This document shows, one piece after another, positions 1 to 12,979 of a stretch of DNA of 64,000 nucleotides. The notes beneath the pieces are model-generated. The model saw only the letters and a program-made list of their open reading frames with translations. It searched no databases and was not told where the DNA came from. The translations under genes and the position numbers were made by a program. Every line of letters begins with the position of its first letter. The stretch's first letter is position 1. The stretch comes from Octopus sinensis (lineage: Eukaryota), in the NCBI RefSeq assembly GCF_006345805.1, contig NC_043010.1, forward strand, positions 65,782,001 through 65,846,000. The letters run 5' to 3'.

Positions 1-151
1 TACTTGAGGGCCAATGAAAGGATGCTTGAGGGCTGCTGGAAGGATATTTGAGGGTTACTCGAAGGATGCTTGAGGGCAACTGGAAGGATATGAGGGTCAC
101 TCGAAGGATGCTTGAGGGCTACTGGAAGGATGCTTGAGGGCCACTAGAAGG
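1..151. repeat. 22-bp minisatellite (gaaggatgcttgagggcnactg), truncated by window edge
   Basis: About 7 imperfect units. Confidence 0.85.
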
Positions 152-356
152 TGGTGGCGGTGGCAGTTGTGGTCGGGGTTGTGGTGGTGGTCGTCGGCAG
201 TGGCAGAAGTGGCAGTGGTGTCGGCGGCGTGGTGGCAGTGGCAGTGGTTGTGGTTTTGGTGGTGCTCATCGTTGTCGTCTTCATGGCAGCAGCGGCGGTT
301 GTGGTTGTGGTGGTGGTAGTGGTGGTAGTGGTGGTGGTTGTGGTGGTTGTGAAAAT

Positions 357-570
357 AAGGCGGCGAGCTAGCAGAAACGTTAGCACGCTGGGCGAAATGC
401 GTAGCTGTATTTCATCTGCCGTTACGTTCTGAGTTCAAATTCCGCCGAGGTCGACTTTGCCTTTCATCCTTTCAGGGTCGATAAATAAAGTACCAGATAC
501 GCACTGGGGTCGATATAATCGACTTAATCCGTTTGCCTGTGTTTAGCCCCTTGTGGATAGTAAAGAAATA
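357..570 (+). mobile_element. tRNA-derived SINE family A (~215-235 bp)
   Basis: A/B-box head ggcggcgagctggcaga...gagttcaaattcc and conserved body gcctttcatcctttcggggtcgataaattaagtaccag; further copies at ~2588-3085, 8245-8457(-), 9815-10120(-), 19345-19530(-), 20680-20845(-), 26818-27035(-), 30755-30878, 35005-35410, 38482-38705, 40670-41075(-), 41326-41703(-), 42090-42420(-), 55795-56008. Confidence 0.88.
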
Positions 571-898
571 GGTTGTAGTGGTTGTGGTGGTGGTGGTGAT
601 GGTGATAATGGTCATGATCATGACAACGATGATGATAATGACATCAACAACATTGACGATGATGGCAATAATGATGATGATGATGATGATGATGGTGGTG
701 TACGTGGCATTGGCGGTAGTAGTAGTGGTGAAGTAGGAAGAGGAAGAAATCAAAAGTAGGAAGCAAAGTAATTAAATCAGGTGATTATGTGGAAGAGGAT
801 AATCCAACAACCACCTGAGGTACCGATGAACGTTGGAGGTGTATTTAACAGAGGTCACGGCCTGGGTTGACAGCGCCACAACCCACCTGTATCTCTAG

Positions 899-1325
899 CA
901 ACATCACCACCATCATCATCATCATCATCATCAACAACAACAACAACAACGTCGTCATCATCATTATCATCATCATCAACGTCATCATCATCATCAACAA
1001 CATCGACGTCTTCATCATCATCATCATCATCATCAACGTCTTCATCATCATCATCATCATCATCGTCATCATCATCAACATCGTCATCATCATCATAATC
1101 GTCATCAACGTCGTCGTCGTCGTCATCATCATCATCATCAACATCATCAACGTCGTCATCATTATCATTATCATCATCATCATGACAGTCATTATCATCT
1201 TCCTTATCACCGTCATCGTTACTTCCATCACTGATGCTACTTTCACTATCATGATGACAACCACCACCACCACCATCACCATCACCACCCCATTACCATC
1301 GTCATCACTATCAACAACAGCATCA
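899..1325. repeat. Compound (CAT)n/(CAA)n/(CGT)n microsatellite
   Basis: Direct inspection. Confidence 0.9.
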
Positions 1326-1510
1326 TGAACATGATGTTTGGAAAAAAATGTGTTTTTTTCAAGGCAGACCATTTAGGTATAACATTTATTAAGATGTGTC
1401 ATTTGGCCAATAAAGAATTGTTACTATTATAACACCGTCCTCCTACAATTGCTGGCCTTGTGCTCAAATTCAAAACATTATTATCATTATTATTATTATT
1501 ATTATTATTA

Positions 1511-1566
<56 letters not shown>

Positions 1567-2116
1567 GAGTGAGAGAGCGGTGCATGCCATCAAATTGAAA
1601 CTGGAGTACAAAGTCCAGAATACCTGCCATGACCACCTGTCTGAGAACGGTACATCAGGCACATGCATCCCCATCATGTGTGCGCAACATGGTGATCTCA
1701 TATCAAGTTAAACAGCACATGACCTTGCAGGTGGAGCCCAGTTAGACTTTTCTTCGGGTCGAGTAGCCCATCCCGCTCAAAATGTCCCTGAATAAGGATT
1801 GTTTAAAGATGTTGAACGAACCACCCAAGTCTCCAAAGGTGAATTATCCAAACCACTTAGAATTCCTTTGAACACATGGCTACGATGCTCCCCCACTACT
1901 TCTGCTCAGGATCAGAGATGCACATATCATCAGCCACTAAGGGACATGCTCAACTGGTTAAGGTCAAACAACTGACAAGCAAGTCTGTGGTATTGAGCAG
2001 AATATTAGCTGTAGCCCATCTTTTATACCAAGACAAAACAATGTGCATGATAACACTTCCAATCAATTAAGATCAGGAGCCATGAAAGCCACTGCCTTGT
2101 ACTGCATCAGGCCAGT
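1567..2116 (-). mobile_element. ~550-bp non-coding element embedded in a (TAA)n array
   Basis: Complex sequence bounded on both sides by long (TTA)n runs; no credible ORF; orientation inferred from junction ...tctctcactc(aat)n. Confidence 0.5.
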
Positions 2117-2139
2117 TATTATTATTATTATTATTATTA

Positions 2140-2232
<93 letters not shown>

Positions 2233-2279
2233 TTATCATCATCATCATCATCATCATCTATCTATCTATCTATCTATCT

Positions 2280-2542
2280 ATCCGCTCAGTCGAAGTCAAC
2301 TCTCGGTCACTCATTGGATCAGTGTCCTCCAGTCAGTTCTAACCTGGGCTGCTTCCTTCAGACTGGCCATATCCATTCCGGTATCACTCTTGATGGTGTC
2401 AAGCCAGCGGGTTCTTGGTCGGCCTCTTCCTCTCTTGCCACTGACCATTCTGGGCATGATATCCTTCTCCAGGGATTTTCTCTGCATAATATGACCGAAA
2501 TATGCCAATCTATGCTTGGTGATCCTAGCTTCTAGCGACATT
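2280..2542 (-). mobile_element. 5'-truncated RTE LINE 3' end with (GATA)n tail
   Basis: SLEARITKHRLAYFGHIMQRKSLEKDIM..VSGKRGRGRPRTRWLD is a typical RTE ORF C-terminus; runs into tatc repeat. Confidence 0.88.
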
Positions 2543-3124
2543 TTCATCATCATTATTATTATTGTTACTATTATCATTATCATTATTTAAGGTTGTGAAC
2601 TGTCAGAATCGTTAGCACGCTGAGCAAATGCCTAGTGGTATTTCACCCATCTCTACATTCTGAGTTCAAATTCTGCCATGGTCAACTTTGCCTTTCATGT
2701 TTTTTGTTATTTTGTGGGGGGGTCGATTAAATAAGTACCAGTTATACACTGGGATCAATGTAATTGACTTAATCCCCTCCACCAAGCTGCTTTTGCAGCA
2801 TAAATTTGAAATCATCATCATCATCACCATTATTATTATTATTATTATTATTATATTATTGTTGTTGTTACTTCTACCATTATGGCAGCAAGCAGGCAGA
2901 ATGATTAACATGCCAGGCAAACTGCTTTGTGGCATTTCATCCGTGTTTACATTCAGAGTCCAAATGCCTTTCATCCTTTGAGGGTCAATGAAAGAAATAC
3001 CAGTGATATACTGGGGTTGATGCAATCAACTTGTCCTCTCTCCCAAAAATTTCAGGCCTTGTGCCTATAGTAGAAAAGATTATCATTATTAATTTTTGTA
3101 TTTTTCTTTTGTTACTTATTTAAT

Positions 3125-3400
3125 TATTTTATCATTTCGCTATATGTAAACCAACGCCCACACTTTATGTCTGTCTTTGTGTTGTTCCCCTCACCTTTAC
3201 CCTGGTTACACCTCTTCTTTTTTGAGCACCTTCTGGAGTATTCAAGCAGTTACAAGCAGTGCTGTTTTCTGCAAGTGCTCCACCCTTATTGCAGCCCCTA
3301 TTTTGCTCACTGTTCCCAGAGCTTCGACAATTATTGGTACTACTGCTACCTTTTTCATTGATCACAATTGCTTAACTTCCCAAGCAAACCAGTAATATCT

Positions 3401-3402
<2 letters not shown>
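3125..3402 (-). mobile_element. R4/Dong-like LINE 3' fragment (restriction-like endonuclease C-terminus)
   Basis: Minus strand AWEVKQL*SMKKVAVVPIIVEALGTVS...IRVEHLQKTALLVTA*ILQKVL; abuts (TAA)n at 3403-3437. Confidence 0.75.
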
Positions 3403-3438
<36 letters not shown>

Positions 3439-3924
3439 ATAAGTCACTTGTTTTATAATCCTTTTATAATTCTCATGGTAAGTACAAATCCTCTGTTGGT
3501 TTTGACTATAAGCCTTTAGTTATTCAATCAAGTGAATTACAATGCTTATTAAATTAACATGAAAATAGCTGAGCATTTTATGGGTGCGTATACCCGTAAT
3601 AATTCAGCTACATGTACCCTTAATATGATTCACAGGTTGAATTAGTGTGGCATTATTATACGTGACAAGGCTGGACCTTTGAATCACAGGAACACCTATC
3701 CCATTCACCAACCACAAGTTCCACTCTTTGTTGTGGTGTGGTGGCTTGGAAATAAATAAAGTGAGCATGGTCTGGAAAAATTTGTAGAAGGCTTACTAGA
3801 TGTAGTTGATGGCAATTGTTTCCTAGGCGACCTTAGTAGCAGTGGAGGTGGGTGTAATGAAAGTAAAAATGAGGTGGACCCTGCACTTTTTTCCCTGTTA
3901 GTAGCTCCCTGAAACCTGTTAGGT

Positions 3925-3992
<68 letters not shown>

Positions 3993-5467
3993 CACTCTCT
4001 CTCTCTCTCTCTCTCTCTTGGAGTGAGGGGCAAGTTGTATGATACCTGTGAACACATGTGATATTGTATTGTATGAATGTGGAGGACATGTGAAGCCTGG
4101 AAATAAATAAAGCGAGCATGGTCTGAAAAAATGCAGGAGAAGAGAAAACCAGATGGTTGCTGATGGCTGAGATAATCGACCAAAAGTGAAGAGAATATGA
4201 AGAAAGAGCAGAGGCCATGATATCAGCTGCAGCAGTAAGGGTAGAGAGAGGAAACAGTATTGATAATTAAGGTAAAATTAACATAAAGTTAACCTTTCAT
4301 TCTGTCTGTATAGATTGATGTTTTTACAATGTGGAAATAAAGGCAGAAATTCACATACACATAGCTTTCTAAAATATATCCAGACATATTTTGATTATTT
4401 TTAGACTGTGGACCTGAAGACAACCAAGAGAGAGTATAAATGATAGAGACTGTCTTTGAATTTGTCCAGTTTATTCAAAGAGGGATTTGGGTTAGGGTCT
4501 TAGGTGTATTATTTTTTATGGGGTTTTCAGCAAAGGGTAAGTGACCACCAGCTTAACAGATCCTCCTGGACTAGTGAGATAAATATGGTTGGAGATTTCT
4601 GTTTTTTTATGTCCTAGTGGTGGGTTTGTGCAGGCACAATGGCCCAGTGGTTAGGGCAGCGGACTTGCGGTTGGCAGATCGCGGTTTCAATTCCCAGACC
4701 AGGTGTTGTGTGTGTTTATTGAGTGAAAACACTTAAAGCTCCATGAGGCTCTGGCAGGGGGTGGTGGCGACCCTTGTTGTACTCTTTCACCACAACTTTC
4801 TATCACTCTCTCTTCCTGTTTCTTGAGTAACACTGCAATGGACTGGCATCCAGTCCAGTTGGGGAGAACACATACGCCAGAGAAACCGGGAAACCGGGCC
4901 CATGAGCCTGGATAGGCTTGAAAAGGGTGAAGAGAAGAGAGAGTGGTGGGTTTACAACAATTAGATCGTGGGTTCAATCCCTGGACTAGGCAACACAGTG
5001 TGTCCTTGAGCAAGGCACTTTATTTCATATTGCTCCATTCAACTCAGCTAAAAACAAGTAGCAGGGCTTGTGTAGTCCCCTCTCTCTCCTTCAAGCTGTC
5101 ACACCCTTGATGTTCTGCTGGGCCAAAGGTAGGAGGGTTGAGTGAGAAGGTATCTATGTCTGCTTACAACTGGCACTCCATCTGTTATGATGACAAGGGT
5201 CCCAATGGGGCCGTTCAGTGAAACATCCTCCTCATGAAATTAATGTGCAAGCGGCTGAGTACTCCACAGACATGCATATTCTTAACGTAGTTCTCAAGGA
5301 GATTCAGCATGACACACTGAATGTGACAAGGCTGACCCTTTAATATACAGGTACGACTTACTTTTGTCAGATGAATGGACTGGAACAAAGTGAGATAAAG
5401 TGTCTTGCTCAAGGACTCAGTGAGCCACCAGGAATTGAACTCACAACTTTATAATCATGAGCTGAAT

Positions 5468-5855
5468 GGATGGAAGCACTCCATCGGTTATGACGATGAG
5501 GGTTCCGGTTGATCCAAATCAATGGAACAGCCTGCTCGTGAAATTAATGTGTAAGTGGCTGAGCACTCCACAGACACGTGCACCCTTAACGTAGTTCTCG
5601 GGGATATTCAGCGTGACACAGAGAGTGACAAGGCCGGCCCCTTGAAATACAGGTACAACAGAAACAGGAAGTAAGAGTGAGAGAAAGTTGTGGTGAAAGA
5701 GTACAGCAGGGATCACCACCATCCCTGCCGGAGCCTCATGGAGCTTTTAGGTGTTTTTGCTCAATAAACACTCACAACGCCCGGTCTGGGAATCGAAGCC
5801 GCGATCCTATGACCGCGAGTCCGCTGGCCTAACCACTGGGCCATTGCGCCTCCAC
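5468..5855 (-). mobile_element. tRNA-derived SINE family C nested in an older related SINE (5170-5900)
   Basis: Head tggaggcgcaatggcccagtggttag...ttcgattccc; ~12-bp TSD catgagctgaat; related copies 4630-4930(+), 16193-16492(+), 21190-21477(-). Confidence 0.85.
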
Positions 5856-6284
5856 ATGAGCTGAATACCTTAACCACTGAGCCACATGCCTTCACCTGCA
5901 ACTACATAGATATCTAAAATAATTAGCAAAAATATGGCACATGCTGTTGGGTCGTAGTTGCTTGTGAGGTCTCAGGTTCAATCTCAGTGTGACTTTTCAG
6001 ATGAATGTCATTTATCATAGCTTTGGGATGACACGAATCATGTGAATGAAATTGGGAAGATGGAAACTGTGTAGAAGCCTGCCTGATGGATTGTACCTGT
6101 AATTCACACATTCTGTTCTGGAATTACATTAAGGATGTGCATCTCTGTGGAATACTCAACCACATACATGCTACTCCAATGAACACAATTTCTCAGTCGA
6201 TCAAACAATCAAGAACTCATGGTTTGAAATTCCATCTGAGAATTGTTTTATTATCTAATGCATCCTTCCTTTTTAAAGATGTCT

Positions 6285-6456
6285 AGGCACAGGAGTGGCT
6301 GTGTGGTAAGTAGCTTGCTAACCAACCACATGGTTCCGGGTTCAGTCCCACTGTGTGGCACCTTGGGCAAGTGTCTTCTGCTGTAGCCCCGAGCCGACCA
6401 ATGCCTTGTGAGTGGATTTGGTAGACGGAAACTGAAAGAAGCCTGTCGTATATATG

Positions 6457-6487
<31 letters not shown>

Positions 6488-6714
6488 GTGTGTGTGTTTG
6501 TGTGTCTGTGTTTGTCCCCCTAGCATTGTTTGACAACCGATGCTGGTGTGTTTACGTCCCCGTCACTTAGCGGTTCGGCAAAAGAGACCGATAGAATAAG
6601 TACTGGGCTTACAAAGAATAAGTCCCGGGGTCGATTTGCTCGACTAAAAGGTGGTGCTCCAGCATGGCCGCAGTCAAATGACTGAAACAAGTAAAAGAGT
6701 AAAAGAGTAAAAGA
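6285..6714 (+). mobile_element. tRNA-derived SINE family B (~420 bp, internal TA/TG microsatellite, (taaaagag)n tail)
   Basis: Head ggcgcaggagtggctgtgtggtaag...ggttcagtccc; copies at ~9110-9425, 12712-12903(-), 24190-24345(-), 32870-33050(-), 35826-36193, 39176-39370(-), 43470-44015(-), 55283-55660(-). Confidence 0.88.
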
Positions 6715-7689
6715 GGTATGATTCGAGAAATGTTCAGCTGCTATTTCTAGCAGGCTTATCAAACACTTATAGCCTCACCACCACCACCACCACCACCACC
6801 ACGTCTACTTTCACTTCTTTGACTCATACTTTGTCAAGTGTTGACAGTTTTTGATAACAGAAAATAGTTTTAGGTCTCAAATCATCGCCCCAGCCTTTGT
6901 GCTGTATACAGCATTAACTGCAACCTGTATATTATGTTATCTGCACTGATAAGAACACAGACGTGCACTGAAGGACACCTGGAGGTGGTTTATGGAGCTA
7001 AACATACCTGGTATTTTGTACTCACCATGTTATTTTTGTTCACGTTTTTAGAGGCTAAGAGAGTCTATGGACTCTGATCCCGGCAACAGACAAATCTGGG
7101 GAAAGACCCAGCTGTGGAATTGACATTGTTGTTTAACCTTCGATCAATCCTGATCAAGTAGACCATAGATCAAAAGCATTCCAACCGTGACCGTCCTGTT
7201 TTGTATTCAGACACAGTGTACATTAAAGTTTACATTATCTGATATGTCCTTCCCACTTTTAGAATAGTAGGATGTAATTTGAGAGAGATTTAACTATATT
7301 TCCTAGCACATTGACTGACTACATAGAGACTTCTTTACGGACTTGAGATATATAAGTTGCTACAGACGGTAGTACTGAGTTTCAACTGTTACTTTCTGAT
7401 TTCAATTCCTGTTGAAGTCATCTTTGCTTTCTATCACTCTACAAGTTACTGTTATGTTTGTTCCAGTCATTGAATTACGGTCAAGCTGGAACACTCTCTA
7501 GAAGGGTTTCAACTAATCGGCCAATAATTGATGATCTTGACCCAGAACTTCTTTTTTTGTTGGTATCTATTTCATCAATCTCTCTTTGTCACACCACTAA
7601 GTTAAAGATAAAATAAAGTACCCGTCAAGTACCGTGATCAATGGTATCAGTTAATACCCTCCCTTTCAAATTACTAGTCTTGTGCCTGT

Positions 7690-9110
7690 ATTTGGTCCAT
7701 CAAGGTTGTCCCCTCTCATCCCATCTATATGTACTGACTTTAGAGCCACTCCTCCAGAATCTGAAGACATCAAGGGACATCCTATGCAGACTAGGATGTG
7801 GAAGAACCATGTCGGCATATGCAGACAATGCCACCATCATTCTGTCAGACATTAGAAACATGGACTTGATCAGTATTACTCTGAAGGAATCTGAGGTAAT
7901 GACAGGACCAAGAAACATCAGTGGGCCTGCAGCTCAGCACCTGGAGAGGCAGGGCCATGCTGTTCAATAGCATTATAGGACAGTGGATAGATGGGCCAAT
8001 TAAATTGCTTAGGATCTGGTATGATCAGCTCAACACCTGGAGAGGAAGGGCCATGCTGTTCAATATACAGATGGGCCAGTTAAACTGCTTAGGGTCTGGT
8101 ATGATCCAGACCTCCAGGTAGAGAAAAAATGAGATGGGATGAGGAGCAAGAGACCAATCCCACCAGAAATGGACTGAGAGACAGCTATCCCCGAAAGGTC
8201 AGATAGAGGTGGTGAACATATACATCACCTCTATCATATATTTTTTTCTGCTCTAGGCACAAGGCCCAAAATTTGGGGGGAGCAAGCCAGTCAATTAGAT
8301 TGACCCCAGTATGCGACTGGTACTTAATTTATCGACCCTGAAAAGATGAAAGGCAAAGTCAACCTCGGTGGAATTTGAACTCAGAACATAAAGACAGACG
8401 AAATACTGTTAAGAATTTCGCCTGGTGTGCTAATGTTTCTGCCAGCTCACTGCCTTGCCTCTGTCGTGTATTATAACCTGGCTGTCATGTCTCACACCAG
8501 TTCACATCTGGCCAGACTGAAGCACTTACTCTTTTGCTTTCTGTGAAAAAGATACATTTGTTGCACTAACGTAGCTAGAGTATGTGCCACCCGGGAAGGC
8601 CCTTCTGTTTGCCACCCCCAGACCCCACATACAAGAACACATATTGCCTACAGCAGACCCAAAAGTGCCACCCCTTTAAAAGTTCCGCCCTACGCCCCCC
8701 ACCCCCATCCCTCCCTAGCGATGCTAGCGATTTGTTGTCAAAACCTGTTGAGTGGAGAACCAGGCTTGTCATGACTGATGACACACAGACATACACTGAG
8801 GCTGTAACATCTCCAGTGTTTCCTTGCCAGTGAGCAGATGCAGTCACCTTTTGTCAGGCTTGTTTTTTCACAGCTTGTCTCGTTGGCTCAGCTCCAGTCC
8901 TGGATCAATGCAGGCCAAGGCAGGGCACCTGGCACCTAGAACACCATTTTTCACTCACAGCTCTCTATCAGTTGGGCAATGCTGGCAGTGGAAATTTCAC
9001 TCTGGCATTCTATTGAGAATTAGTGTTGGGGAAGAGTAATGACATTCTGAAGAAGACGCTAGGTATTGATAAAAATCAACTAGATGGTCTGTTCTGGAGG
9101 ATTTTTGGCC
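7690..9110 (+). mobile_element. Degenerate L1/Tx1-clade LINE ORF2 fragments, interrupted by a SINE and a hAT MITE
   Basis: VHQGCPLSSHLYVLTLEPLL...SAYADNATI RT motifs followed by frameshifted downstream ORF2-like sequence. Confidence 0.8.
8564..8729. mobile_element. hAT-type MITE with perfect 8-bp TSD
   Basis: TSD atttgttg on both sides; imperfect TIRs cactaacgtagctag/ctagcgatgctagcg; related truncated copy at 19745-19870. Confidence 0.8.
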
Positions 9111-10125
9111 AGGTTCAGTCCCTCTGCATGGCACCTTGGACCAGTGTCTTCTACTATAGCCTTGGGCCAACCAAAGCCTTGTGGGTGGATTTGACAGACA
9201 AAAACTGAAAAAAGCCTGCCATGTGTGTGTGTCTGTTTGTTCCCAACCTTTGCTCATAACTTAGCAGTTTGGCAAAAGAGATCAACAGAATAAATACCAG
9301 GCTTAAAAGAAATAAGCACAGTGTTGGTGTGGGGTGGGGGTCAATTCGTTCTAATAAAATCCTTCAGTGTGGTGCTCCAGCATGGCCGCAATCTAATGAC
9401 TGAAACAAGTGAAAGATAAAAGACGAAAACAATAAAAAAAAAACAAAAGATAACTGTGTATCAGAATGTCTAGGTCAATAATGCAGGTAATTAGCAGGAG
9501 TTAGTCGTTAGTCAGGTGTGCTTTGTTCCGCTAATGTTAGAAGGATTAACTCCAGGTAAGCACTTGATAAAATTCTGTGTACATGCTTATGTGAGTATAT
9601 TTGTGTGTGTGTGTACATGTGTATGTATGTTATTTATTTGTGTGTGTGTTTATCTATGCCATATATCTATGTGTGTTTATGTGCAGTTATGTGTATGTGT
9701 GTCAATTTGTGAACATATTTCTGTGTGTGTAAGTGCGCACACATGCACATATGTGTGTGTATGTATGTGTGTATGTACTTTTGTACGCTTATAGATACAT
9801 TAATATATTTGGATTTTAAAGTTTGGCACAGGTCCAGCACTTCAGGGGAGGGCGCTGTTCAATTATATCGACCCCAGCGCTTAACAGATACTCATTTTAT
9901 CAATCCCAATAGGATGAAAAAGCAAAAATCGACCTCAGCAGAATTTGAACTCAGAACATTAAGATAGATGAAATGCTACTAAACCTTTTGCCCATCTAAC
10001 CAACAGATACCTCTCAATAACATTGGTTTCAAATTTTGGTGCAAGTCTATCTAGTTCAGTGGAGGGGGCTAGTTGATTACATCAACCCCCAGTTCTCAGC
10101 TGGTACTTATTTTATGGACCTTTAA

Positions 10126-10449
10126 CCCTTTCGGTACCAACCCCGCTGAAACTGCCTCTGGCTCTGAGTACAAATGTCTTATCTTCATAAGTTTTGAACT
10201 GAAATTTTCCACCAAACCTTAGTCACAATTTATGCTCCTAACATTAACACCAATCCGATTGTGGCCGTTGCCAGCCTCGCCTGGCATGTAAAAAGCACCC
10301 ACTACATTCACGGAGTGGTTGGCATTAGGAAGGGCATCCAGCTGTAGAAACACTGCCAGATCAGACTGGAGCCTGGTGCAGCTTTCTGGCTTCCCAGATC
10401 CCCGGTTGAACCGTCCAACCCATGCTAGCATGGAGAATGGACGTTAATC

Positions 10450-10488
<39 letters not shown>

Positions 10489-10588
10489 AGCTTAATGACA
10501 ACTAAGTTATTTTACTAAATTCTTTGTTATACTCAAAGTAATTGAAAGAAAGAGAGAGCATCTCAAAATAAATTCAGTAACAAAAGGG
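10126..10588. mobile_element. piggyBac-like MITE monomer interrupted by an RTE 3' fragment
   Basis: ttaa-ccctttcggtacc ... gtaacaaaaggg; RTE tail at ~10245-10487 splits it. Confidence 0.8.
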
Positions 10589-11171
10589 TTATATGTTGGA
10601 TGTTCCATTATATGTCGCAGTTCCATTATCCAAAGAATGTGTTGCAGTCTTTTCATAGCACTTATATAGCCTTACCTGCCTTTTGGATCTCTTGGATACC
10701 AAAACCTCTCGTACATATATATATACATACATATACATACATATATATATATATATATGTAGGCTCGAAATGTAAAAGACTTTTTCTATTCCTGAGCGTT
10801 ATACTAATACATCTGTTTGTTTTGTACACCACCTGTCTTCGTCTTTTGTTTTTTTCATAAACTCTCCCTATATATATATATGGAGAAAGAGATAGATATC
10901 GAATTATGTGTGAAAATACACGTACATATTTTGATTTGTTCATTAAACACACACATACACATTTCTTGTAAATAATTGTCCACTGTACAGCATTATGTTT
11001 TTCAACGACCAGGAAGTTTACTGAAGAAGTTTCATAAGTAAAAACATTTAAAAAAGAGAAAAAAATCACAACTGAAAATGATGTGTAGTAGAATTGAAAC
11101 TTAGCTGTCTGTTTTCTCCTTGTCATATGTCTCAGAAACAGAATAAACAATTTAGGGAAACAATTCAGCAT

Positions 11172-11639
11172 TTAACCCTTTCATTATTTTGAGATGCTCT
11201 GTGTTTCTTTCAATTAATTTTAAATATAACAAAGAGTTTAGTAAAATAACTTAGTTATCATTAAGCTAGTGTTAGGAACCTAAATTGTGACTAAGGTTTG
11301 GTGGAAGATTTTAATTCAAAACTTAAGAAAACAAGACATTTGTATTGAGAGCCAGAGCCAGTTTCAGCAAGGTTGGTATCAAAAGAGTTAAGAATTGTTT
11401 CTCTATTATATATTTTAACCCTTTTGTTACCATATTTCTGTTGAGATGCTCTGTGTTTCTTTCAATTAATTTTAAATATAACAAAGAATTTAGTAAAATA
11501 ACTTAGTTACCATTCAGCTAGTGTTAGGAACATAAATTGTGACTAAGGTTTGGTGGAAGATTTTAATTCAAAACTTATGAAAATAAAACATTTATACTAC
11601 AAAGGTAGGTTTCAGCTGGCTTGGTAACAAAAGTGTTAA
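11172..11639. mobile_element. piggyBac-like MITE tandem dimer
   Basis: Two ~215-bp units with CCCTTT..AAAGGG-type ends each bounded by TTAA, 23-bp spacer 11392-11414. Confidence 0.82.
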
Positions 11640-11988
11640 TCTGGCCATATCTGGCCTATATATTCTACCTGTTTTATGCTCAGACTGACTAAATCCTGCT
11701 TCTCACACCTACCCTGCAATGTCATTTTGAAAATATACAATTGCCTCATCAAAATCTTAATGCTACAAGATGATAATAATTAATTGAAAACAATGGGAAT
11801 TAATAAACATTACTTTTGACAGTAATCTGATTGCTAAAGTAAAAGTGAAAGAATAAAGTTGCTTCCTGACTCGTATAGACTCATAGGAGTGGTTCCCTGG
11901 TTTCCTGGTTCTCATGGCACATATTCCCCATCACAGGATTATATATTTTTGAGTATGGAAAATGTGTGAGATCCTTGGTACAGTTGGG

Positions 11989-12174
11989 TATATTTGAAAA
12001 CGAAAAAGAATGACTTCACTTAGTTTATTATTTTTTAATTTTTTAATAATATAAATTTTACATTTTAGTTCATAGATCTATAAAGTGTAAAAGTTATATT
12101 ATTAAAAAATTAGAAAATAACAAATTAAACTGATTAGAACCACCAGAGAAGTCATTCTTTTTTTCAAATATATA
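11989..12174. repeat. AT-rich foldback element
   Basis: tatatttgaaaa..aaagaatgacttc / gaagtcattctttttttcaaatata plus inner ~35-bp arms. Confidence 0.75.
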
Positions 12175-12584
12175 TGTATGTATGTAAGTATGTATGCATG
12201 CATGTATGTAAGTATGTATGTATGTATGTATGTAAGTATGTATGTATGTATGTATGTAAGTATGTATGTATGTATGTATGTAAGTATGTATGTATGTATG
12301 TATGTAAGTATGTATGTATGTATGTATGTAAGTATGTATGTATGTATGTATGTAAGTATGTATGTATGTATGTATGTAAGTATGTATGTATGTATGTATG
12401 TAAGTATGTATGTATGTATGTATGTAAGTATGTATGTATGTATGTATGTAAGTATGTATGTATGTATGTATGATGTATGTATGTATGTATGTATTTATGT
12501 ATGTATGTAATGTATGTATGTATGTATGTATGTAAGTATGTATGTATGTATGTATGTAAGTATGTATGTATGTATGTATGTAAG

Positions 12585-12615
<31 letters not shown>

Positions 12616-12712
12616 GTATGTATGTATGTATGTATGTAAGTATGTATGTATGTATGTATGTAAGTATGTATGTATGTATGTATGTATGTAAGTATGTATG
12701 TATGTATGTATG
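12174..12712. repeat. (TATG)n microsatellite with 20-bp higher-order unit
   Basis: tatgtaagtatgtatgtatg periodicity. Confidence 0.95.
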
Positions 12713-12930
12713 TTCTTTTATTCTTTTATTTGTTTCATTTGACTGCAGCCATGCTGGAGCACTGGCTTTAGTTGAGCAAATTGATCCCAGGACTTATTCT
12801 TTGTAAGCTTAGTACTTATTCCATCAGTCTCTCTTGCCTGAGACTGAACCAGGAACCATGTTGCTGGTAAGCAAGCTACTTACCACACAGCCACTCCTGC
12901 ACCTATATATATACACACACACACATATAT

Positions 12931-12979
<49 letters not shown>

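Noticed and set aside
357-450. tRNA-like A/B boxes (here and in other SINE heads)
   Set aside because: Continue into SINE bodies in many copies; not tRNA genes
134-1701. Long ORFs of poly-V/T/I/M/N
   Set aside because: Translations of trinucleotide microsatellites; no splice structure or domain
1888-1900. 11-nt match to U1 snRNA 3' region (gtagtggggga, minus strand)
   Set aside because: Too short; no other U1 features
9474-9486. VNNAG (SDR-like motif) as possible microexon
   Set aside because: In-frame stops both sides, weak acceptor, no other SDR exons
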